This document shows, in pieces, positions 58,801-64,000 of a stretch of DNA of 64,000 bases (the stretch's first letter is position 1; the number at the start of each line of letters is the position of its first letter). Origin of the DNA: an uncultured Candidatus Saccharibacteria bacterium (GTDB lineage: Bacteria; Patescibacteriota; Saccharimonadia; Saccharimonadales; JACDBH01); contig CAZXYN010000001.1 of NCBI GenBank assembly GCA_964644965.1, positions 64,282 to 128,281 on the forward strand, written 5' to 3'. Under the pieces are notes generated by a model. The model was not told where the DNA came from, did not search any database, and saw nothing but the letters and a program-made list of their open reading frames with translations. The translations under genes were made by a program, and so were the position numbers.

Positions 58801-59346
58801 TACATGATTAAGCTCAATCACATGGTTACCGACAAGATTCACGCTCGCTCGACTGGTCCATACACTATGGTCACTCAGCAGCCGCTTGGTGGTAAGGCTC
58901 AAAACGGTGGTCAGCGATTCGGAGAAATGGAAGTATGGGCACTAGAAGCTTACGGCGCAAGTAACACGCTTCAGGAAATGCTCACTATCAAGTCCGATGA
59001 TGTTTATGGTCGCTCAAAGGCTTACGAATCAATCATCAAGGGTACTCAGATTGTTGGTCCGAAGATTCCAGAGAGCTTCAATGTGCTCGTCAAGGAACTT
59101 CAGGGACTAGGTCTTAAGGTTGACTTGCTTGATACAAAGGCAAACCAGACAATTGACGCCGAGGAAATCCTAGCGAGCAACATTAAAGAAGAGGCAGAGC
59201 ACACATCAGATGTAGAAATACCAGCAGATGAACTGTCGAACATTGATGTTACCGAGGAATCTATTGAAAACGAATTCATGACAGTTGGTGTCAGCAGTGA
59301 TATCGAGATTGATGAAGCAGACACTAATGATGGGGAGGAGCTCTAA
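55813..59346 (+). CDS. rpoB: DNA-directed RNA polymerase subunit beta
   Basis: 1177 aa with the conserved blocks GTFVINGAERVVVSQL, SQLSQFMDQ.NPL and GRHGNKGV. Confidence 0.98.
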   Translation: MAKASVKTSNTQGKRVYFTKTDSILDLPNLVDHQNRSFQWFVDEGLGELLSEVGTIDDYTGTKLSIRFKQYHFEDPKTTEVEARENNISYEAPLKAVVELTNKVTGEVKDQEIYLGDYPWMTERGTFVINGAERVVVSQLIRSAGVFFTREAHGGNFTYGAKVIPGRGAWLEFETAVNGALYVKIDRKRKIAVTTLLKALGMTENQIKEAFKHVDQGKNSHIDITLEKDPSKGSNEALIEVYRRLRPGDLATVDNARSLIENMFYNYKRFDFSRVGRYKINKRLDLDVPNTAENRVMRLEDLLAIISEVIRLNVTQDPADDIDSLANRRVKLVGELVQRQFRIGLLRMERNAKDRMSMSEIETVTPGQLINARPIVAAVREFFASSQLSQFMDQINPLSELAHKRRLSSMGPGGLSRERAGFEVRDAHATHYSRICPVETPEGANIGLVLNLASYARINDYGFIEAPYRKVINAATPKQAVGHIASVDLEDAKGKVLVKAGKTITEADAKKLAAVKDQATWPVKAKVSDEIVYLDAYEEERTIVAGSDNEIDDNGYFVEERVSARRYLQSSEVDANEVAYIDAERRQVIGSSAGLIPFVEKNFVYRSLMGSNQQRQAVPLIVPESPIVGTGMEGIAARNTGQLVLAEADGEVVSSTGVAVKVKYKEGTVTYTPSHFIRSNEGTSINQKVVVSAGDKVKKGDVLIEGMSVQGGELALGKDLLVAFMPWGGYNFEDAIVISRRLVQDDTLTSVNIIDYMTEVRETKLGPEIVTRDIPNVSEDALRHLDEEGIVRIGAEVHPGDILVGKITPKGEQELSSEERLLRAIFGEKAKEVRDTSQRMSNGKHGKVVGVKVFSRANGHELKAGVIMQIQVFVAQMRKIQVGDKLGGRHGNKGVIARILPEEDMPFTADGTPIDIVLNPLGVPSRMNIGQLFETHLGMAAAALGMKVASPSFDGVPITKIQDLLEEAGLPRNGKQQLYDGRTGEAFKESTTVGYMYMIKLNHMVTDKIHARSTGPYTMVTQQPLGGKAQNGGQRFGEMEVWALEAYGASNTLQEMLTIKSDDVYGRSKAYESIIKGTQIVGPKIPESFNVLVKELQGLGLKVDLLDTKANQTIDAEEILASNIKEEAEHTSDVEIPADELSNIDVTEESIENEFMTVGVSSDIEIDEADTNDGEEL

Positions 59347-59348
59347 AT

Positions 59349-62300
59349 ATGCGTAAGTTCAACTATGGCGCAGATATTGCTGATTTTGACGCAGTACGAC
59401 TTGCAATCGCAAGTGCCCAAGATATTATGGATTGGAGCTACGGCGAAGTAACAAAGCCAGAGACAATCAACTACCGAACACAAAAGCCAGAACGCGATGG
59501 TTTGTTCTGCGAGAGAATTTTTGGTCCTGTTAAGGACATCAACCCGCACGACGCCAAGTACAAAGGTCTTCGCTCACGCGAGGCTGCTGTTGATAAGAAG
59601 GGCGAGCTCGTAACACGTAGCATCGTTCGTCGTGAACGCATGGGTCACATCCAGCTAGCGGCACCAGTTGCTCACATCTGGTTCCTGCGCGGTACGCCAT
59701 CAGCAGTCGGTCTACTCTTAGGCATGACTGTTAAGAACCTTGAGCGCGTTGCTTACTTTGCCAGCTACATCATCAAATCTGTCGATGCTGACAAGCGTGA
59801 TGAGATGCTTACTAACAAAGAAGCTGAATTTGCGGCAGCACAGGAAGCTATCAAGGCTCGCTACGAAGCAGAAGCTGCCAAGGAAGACGCTAACGTTAAG
59901 ACGCTTGCAGAAATGCAGACCAAAGAGCTAGAAGAAGTCACTCGTGATTTCGAAACTCTAAAAGAACAGCTGGTAGCACTTGTAAAGCTAAATCTTATCT
60001 CAGAAGCCGAATACCGCGACCTGCCAGATGATGTCAAAGACCTCATCACAGTTGGTATGGGTGGCGCTGCATTGCAGGAGCTACTAGAAGAAATTGACCT
60101 AACTTCACTGATTGAGCAGCTGTCAGCAGAGAGCGACGCTGCCAAGGGGCAACGCCGCAAGAAATTGCAAAAGCGTCTACGCTTGCTAGAAAACATGCTC
60201 AACGCTGGCATCAAGCCATCTAGCATGTGTGTTTCTGTTTTGCCAGTGATTCCTCCAGATCTTCGTCCAATGGTGCAGTTGACGGGTGGACGTTTCGCAA
60301 CCAGTGACATGAACGACCTATATCGTCGTGTTATTAACCGAAACAACCGTCTTAAGAAGCTTATGGACTTGAATGCTCCAGAAGTAATTCGCCGTAATGA
60401 ACAGCGAATGCTCCAGGAAGCCGTTGATGCTCTAATTGATAACAACAATGCCCGTTCTGGCCGCGCAGTAGCTGCGACTGGCCAGCGCCGTCGCCTCAAG
60501 TCGTTAAGTGATCTGCTAAAAGGCAAGCAAGGTCGTTTCCGCCAGAACCTACTTGGTAAGCGTGTTGATTACTCTGGCCGTTCGGTAATTGTTGCTGGTC
60601 CGGAGCTCAAGATTAGCCAGTGTGGACTACCAAAAATGATGGCACTCGAGCTATTCAAGCCATTTGTGATTGGCCGCCTGATTGCCGAAGATCTAGCTCA
60701 CAACATTCGTTCTGCAACTCGCATGATCGAAACTGGTGAGACAGAGGTGTGGGACGCGTTAGACGAAGTCATCAAGGGCAAATATGTACTACTAAACCGT
60801 GCACCAAGTCTTCACCGACTTTCGATCCAAGCTTTCCAGCCTGTGCTTGTAGAGGGTAAGGCAATTCAATTGCACCCACTAGTATGTAAAGGTTTCAACG
60901 CCGACTTTGACGGTGACCAGATGGCTGTGCACCTCCCACTTTCTGACGCTGCCCAAGCCGAAGCTCGTGAGATTATGGCAGCAAACAAGAACCTGCTAAA
61001 ACCTGCTGATGGTTCACCGATTCTACATATCGAACAAGATATCGTACTTGGTTGTTACTACTTAACATATGTCCAGCCTCTATCAGAGAAGAAAACTCGT
61101 CCGTTTACAGACATCAACGAAGCTCTAATGGCCTTTGATAATGGTTTACTACAGCTTCAGGACTTCATCAAGATTGATTTCCGCGGCGAAAACCGTGAAA
61201 CAACTCTTGGCCGTGTGCTATTCAACGAAATCTTCCCTAGTGATTTTCCGTTCCAGGATGAGCCGATGACTAAGAAAAAGCTTTCTAATGTCATGGCGCT
61301 CGTATACCAGATGTATGGACAAGACAGGACTGCCGAAATCGCTGACTTACTCAAAGACCTAGGTTTCGAATACGCAACTATGTCTGGTCTATCAATGGGT
61401 ATGGATGACTTCTCCGAAATCAAGGGAATGAAAGACGTCATGGACAAGGCCGGTGACCGTGTTGCTGAAATCAGCGAACAATACGAACAAGGCTTCATTA
61501 CCGACGAAGAGCGCTACCGTTTGACCGTAGACACTTGGTTCGATGCTGAGGCAAATGTCATGGACAAACTCAATGCCCAATTTACCGAAGAAAACAGCTC
61601 TATGTCTATCGCAGCTACCTCTGGTGCCCGTGGTAACGTTGGTCAGGTGATGAAATCTGTCGGTATGCTTGGTGTTACAACCGACGCAACCGGTAAAGCC
61701 ATTGAGCTGCCTATCAAGTCTGGCTATAAGCAAGGTTTGACAGCACTCGAATATTTCACCGCGACTCGTGGTGCACGTAAGGGTATGATTGATACCGCGC
61801 TTAAGACAGCCGACTCAGGTTACCTGACTCGTCGTTTAGTCGACGTCGCACAAGATGTCTTCACTATTCCAGAAGACGTAGAAGACCCAGGTTTTGCAAT
61901 TTTCCGTGCTGATGCAGATGAAATCGGTGTAAGCCTAGCGAGCCGTTTGGTTGGTCGCTTTGCCGCCGAAAACGTTGCCAAGTACATTAAGAAGGGTGAA
62001 CTCTTCACCAAAGCAATCGCTGAATCTATCGAAGCCGACGACACAATCGACAGTGTTCGAATCAAGAGCGTTCTATCTGTAGCTACCGCTCGCGGTATTC
62101 CGGCTAAGTGTTATGGACTTGACCCAGCAACTGGTCAGCTAGTTGCTGATGCACACCCAATCGGTGTAATCGCCGCTCAGAGTATCGGTGAGCCTGGTAC
62201 CCAGCTGACACTCCGAACCTTCCACAGTGGTGGTTCTGCTGCAGCTGATGACATTACCCAAGGTTTGCCTCGTGTTGAGGAAATCTTCGAAGTACGCACA

Positions 62301-63179
62301 CCAAAGGGTCAAGCCTACCTCAGTGATGTTCCTGGTCTTGCAAGTGTCTGGGAAGAAGGCGACAAGTACATCATCCAGATCACATCTGATCAGGCTGAAT
62401 CAGTCAAAATCAATCTAGATGGCCGCAAGCAAAAGGTTGCCAACGGTTCCGACATTGCTATTGGAGATGTTATTGCCGAAGGTGAAGAAGCTTCTAACCC
62501 ACTAATCGCTCCAGTCGCTGGTAAGGTAGAGTTTAGCAACAAGGTTGCAACTATTAGCCCAGCCAAGCAGGCAGTGGTTCGTTACGAAATTCCAAACTTT
62601 AAGCAAGTTGTCATCAAAGACGGCGATCACATCGTTGCAGGCCAGCGTCTGACGAACGGTTCAATCAACCTACACGAGCTAATGAGCCTGCAAGGTGTTG
62701 AAGCAACTCAGCGTTACATCATGAACGAAATCCTTAAGATCTTTGCGTCTCAGGGACAGAACATTGCCGACAAGCACCTAGAAATCATCGTGCGCCAGAT
62801 GTTTGGCCGCGTACAGATTGAAGAATCAGGCGACAGTGAATTTGTTACCGGTGATGTTGTCAGTAAGCAAGCTGTCATCGAAAAGAACGAACAGCTTTCT
62901 AAAGCTAAGAAAGAGCTGATCAACTACAACCAGCTACTTCTTGGTATCACTAAGGCTAGTCTCAGCACTGATTCATTCCTATCAGCTGCAAGCTTCCAGG
63001 ATACAACTCGCGTACTGATTGCTGCTGCCACCAGTGGTAAGGTAGATCACTTGTACGGACTCAAAGAAAACGTAATCCTTGGTCGCCGTATTCCAGTCGG
63101 TACTGGTTCGCGTGAGATTATGGCCGCCGAAGCAGAAGCCCTGCTCGATGAGTCAGAGATGATCGCCGAAGTTGCCTAA
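59349..63179 (+). CDS. rpoC: DNA-directed RNA polymerase subunit beta'
   Basis: 1276 aa with the catalytic NADFDGDQMAVH, a Zn-binding N-terminus and the trigger-loop region. Confidence 0.98.
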   Translation: MRKFNYGADIADFDAVRLAIASAQDIMDWSYGEVTKPETINYRTQKPERDGLFCERIFGPVKDINPHDAKYKGLRSREAAVDKKGELVTRSIVRRERMGHIQLAAPVAHIWFLRGTPSAVGLLLGMTVKNLERVAYFASYIIKSVDADKRDEMLTNKEAEFAAAQEAIKARYEAEAAKEDANVKTLAEMQTKELEEVTRDFETLKEQLVALVKLNLISEAEYRDLPDDVKDLITVGMGGAALQELLEEIDLTSLIEQLSAESDAAKGQRRKKLQKRLRLLENMLNAGIKPSSMCVSVLPVIPPDLRPMVQLTGGRFATSDMNDLYRRVINRNNRLKKLMDLNAPEVIRRNEQRMLQEAVDALIDNNNARSGRAVAATGQRRRLKSLSDLLKGKQGRFRQNLLGKRVDYSGRSVIVAGPELKISQCGLPKMMALELFKPFVIGRLIAEDLAHNIRSATRMIETGETEVWDALDEVIKGKYVLLNRAPSLHRLSIQAFQPVLVEGKAIQLHPLVCKGFNADFDGDQMAVHLPLSDAAQAEAREIMAANKNLLKPADGSPILHIEQDIVLGCYYLTYVQPLSEKKTRPFTDINEALMAFDNGLLQLQDFIKIDFRGENRETTLGRVLFNEIFPSDFPFQDEPMTKKKLSNVMALVYQMYGQDRTAEIADLLKDLGFEYATMSGLSMGMDDFSEIKGMKDVMDKAGDRVAEISEQYEQGFITDEERYRLTVDTWFDAEANVMDKLNAQFTEENSSMSIAATSGARGNVGQVMKSVGMLGVTTDATGKAIELPIKSGYKQGLTALEYFTATRGARKGMIDTALKTADSGYLTRRLVDVAQDVFTIPEDVEDPGFAIFRADADEIGVSLASRLVGRFAAENVAKYIKKGELFTKAIAESIEADDTIDSVRIKSVLSVATARGIPAKCYGLDPATGQLVADAHPIGVIAAQSIGEPGTQLTLRTFHSGGSAAADDITQGLPRVEEIFEVRTPKGQAYLSDVPGLASVWEEGDKYIIQITSDQAESVKINLDGRKQKVANGSDIAIGDVIAEGEEASNPLIAPVAGKVEFSNKVATISPAKQAVVRYEIPNFKQVVIKDGDHIVAGQRLTNGSINLHELMSLQGVEATQRYIMNEILKIFASQGQNIADKHLEIIVRQMFGRVQIEESGDSEFVTGDVVSKQAVIEKNEQLSKAKKELINYNQLLLGITKASLSTDSFLSAASFQDTTRVLIAAATSGKVDHLYGLKENVILGRRIPVGTGSREIMAAEAEALLDESEMIAEVA

Positions 63180-63201
63180 ATAAAACAAACATATAAACCA
63201 C

Positions 63202-63230
63202 AAAAGAGCCCGGTGCTATCGGGCTCTTTT
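63202..63230 (+). terminator. rho-independent terminator after rpoC
   Basis: AAAAGAGCCCG-gtgctat-CGGGCTCTTTT. Confidence 0.85.
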
Positions 63231-63268
63231 AAGTTATTAGCCAAAACTAAGCCATGTTCTTTTGACAA

Positions 63269-63284
63269 TCCGCTGTACAGCGGA
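63269..63284. repeat. 16-nt perfect palindrome TCCGCTGTACAGCGGA, 90 nt downstream of rpoC
   Basis: Identical to 55677-55692. Confidence 0.95.
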
Positions 63285-63332
63285 ACCAACCTCATACTTT
63301 CTTGTGTCGACAAGAAAGTACGCAAAGAAGCT

Positions 63333-63499
63333 CGGCGCAGCTCCTGAACTAACTCGGCTTGTTGTCAAAGGACACAATGCCTCGGGTGACTCCCTACGGT
63401 CGGTCCCAATAGTTCTCCATAGGAGTATTGGGACTAAACCCTCGGACAGATATTGTGTCTTTGACCAACACCCGAATCATGTCAGTAGCTGCAATGCCG
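63333..63499 (+). ncRNA. candidate structured ncRNA: 167-nt irregular hairpin with a large asymmetric central loop (6S-RNA-like architecture)
   Basis: Hand-folded helices, outermost first: 63333-36/63496-99, 63337-42/63487-92, 63344-47/63482-85 and 63354-57/63472-75. An 18-bp helix follows (63360-78/63452-70), then a 24-nt/17-nt internal loop. The apical stem is GTCCCAATA/TATTGGGAC with inner CTCC/GGAG. Confidence 0.3.
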
Positions 63500-63517
63500 T
63501 AATGACTGCACGAGGTA

Positions 63518-63581
63518 GACTTATATAATTAATTATATAAGTCACTGTCTTATTTGATTTATATAAACATTTATATAAATC
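63518..63581. repeat. two AT-rich 26-bp palindromes holding four TTATATAA boxes
   Basis: GACTTATATAATTAATTATATAAGTC (63518-63543) and GATTTATATAAAcaTTTATATAAATC (63556-63581). A TATAAT lies at 63524-63529. Confidence 0.9.
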
Positions 63582-63610
63582 GCCTCCCGGCTATGAAAGA
63601 ACAGATTAGT

Positions 63611-63705
63611 CTGGGAGGACTGGTCTAGTTTAGTTATTGTCCCGAGGACTGTTTGAGAACGTTTAGTTTGAGTTCCGCAGGGACAAATTAGACCAGTCCT
63701 CCCAG
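63611..63705 (+). other. 95-nt hairpin with a 21-bp stem (MITE-like or RNA element) in the presumed rpsL leader
   Basis: CTGGGAGGACTGGTCTAGTTT pairs with AAATTAGACCAGTCCTCCCAG. The single G-T pair is tolerated only as plus-strand RNA. Inner stem GTCCC/GGGAC. Confidence 0.6.
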
Positions 63706-63962
63706 GGTAGTATTGTTGTTTCATCTGCCGGTCGCGTCTTTTGCATACTTTTCTGCCGAATCAGAAAAGTATGGATTTGCTTCTTCATCAGAAGAAGGTG
63801 TCTTTTGTCGGCACAAAAGAAGGAATTTGGTTCTTTATTGGAAGAACTTGGCTTGCAACAGATGGCCGTATCTGTTAAAATACCAACTGGCATAAACGAG
63901 TTTAATAAATAGCAATCTCCGGGACTCTCTGTTTCCGGCGACAATATCCAAAGGAGGATGCA

Positions 63963-64000
63963 TTGCCTACAATTAATCAACTCGTCCGTAAGCCACGCAA
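63963..64000 (+). CDS. rpsL: 30S ribosomal protein S12 (first 12 codons; runs off the window)
   Basis: TTG start 5 nt after AAGGAGG. Translation (M)PTINQLVRKPR is the conserved S12 N-terminus. Confidence 0.85.
   Translation, partial: MPTINQLVRKPR

Noticed and set aside
59861-60526. 221-aa ORF antisense to rpoC, and similar antisense ORFs at 35098..35541 in clpC, 52910..53347 in tig, 34474..34773, 61157..61733 and 12617..12883
   Set aside because: These are Arg/Ser/Ala-rich low-complexity translations lying entirely inside strongly supported conserved genes on the opposite strand. They are classic shadow ORFs.
63262-63980. Four listed ORFs (63262..63528 +, 63542..63724 -, 63663..63980 -, 63713..63895 +) in the rpoC-rpsL spacer
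   Set aside because: They overlap each other on both strands and coincide with long perfect hairpins and palindromes. They lack Shine-Dalgarno sequences and have unusual composition, so the region is better explained as structured RNA/DNA.
1-64000. Alternative genetic code (UGA recoding, as in some candidate phyla)
   Set aside because: Conserved genes terminate cleanly at UGA, for example gatA at 13749-13751 and the cassette ORFs. No conserved protein needs read-through of any stop codon, so the standard bacterial code fits.

Overview
This 64-kb window reads as a core chromosomal segment of a small-genome bacterium using the standard code (UGA is a stop). Assignment to the Candidate Phyla Radiation / Patescibacteria, probably Saccharibacteria-like, is an inference from gene content only: split transketolase, gatCAB, a lone type IV pilus ATPase, an extended ribosomal protein L19, many small membrane ORFs and tight gene packing. 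About 60 protein genes can be supported. They include a sugar-phosphate cluster (gap, rpiB, rpe-like, split tkt, fba, pfkB-type kinase), uvrB, gatC-gatA-(extra ORF)-gatB-galU, dnaE, pilB-like ATPase, malic enzyme, rplS, rnhB, pepN, nusA, clpC, radA, PBP1A, tyrS, recG, rsmD, hisS, tig, clpP, rpoB, rpoC and the first codons of rpsL. There is one tRNA-Leu(UAG). I found no rRNA, CRISPR array, cas gene, integrase or transposase, and no clear multi-gene defence or secretion system. The unusual material is mostly non-coding. (1) The tRNA-Leu locus at 48.8-49.2 kb holds an intact tRNA nested inside a shattered older copy of itself, interrupted by small hairpin insertions that share a CCCGTAGTA-type inverted-repeat motif. 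(2) An 888-bp cassette flanked by 14-bp inverted repeats lies next to a tandemly triplicated pilB 3' end. It encodes three translationally coupled 2-TM mini-proteins plus a 55-aa zinc-ribbon protein. (3) The rpoC-rpsL spacer is unusually long (about 780 bp). It contains a 167-nt 6S-RNA-like irregular hairpin, two AT-rich 26-bp palindromes, a 95-nt hairpin with a 21-bp stem and a competing upstream partner, and a run of tandem hairpins. (4) A 16-nt perfect palindrome, TCCGCTGTACAGCGGA, brackets rpoBC and also sits inside the tRNA-derived repeats. (5) Two near-identical strong promoter modules occur: one fires antisense into a LOG-family gene, and the other is followed within 60 nt by an intrinsic terminator, making it a candidate sRNA. 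All functional readings of these elements are hypotheses that need computation or experiment.
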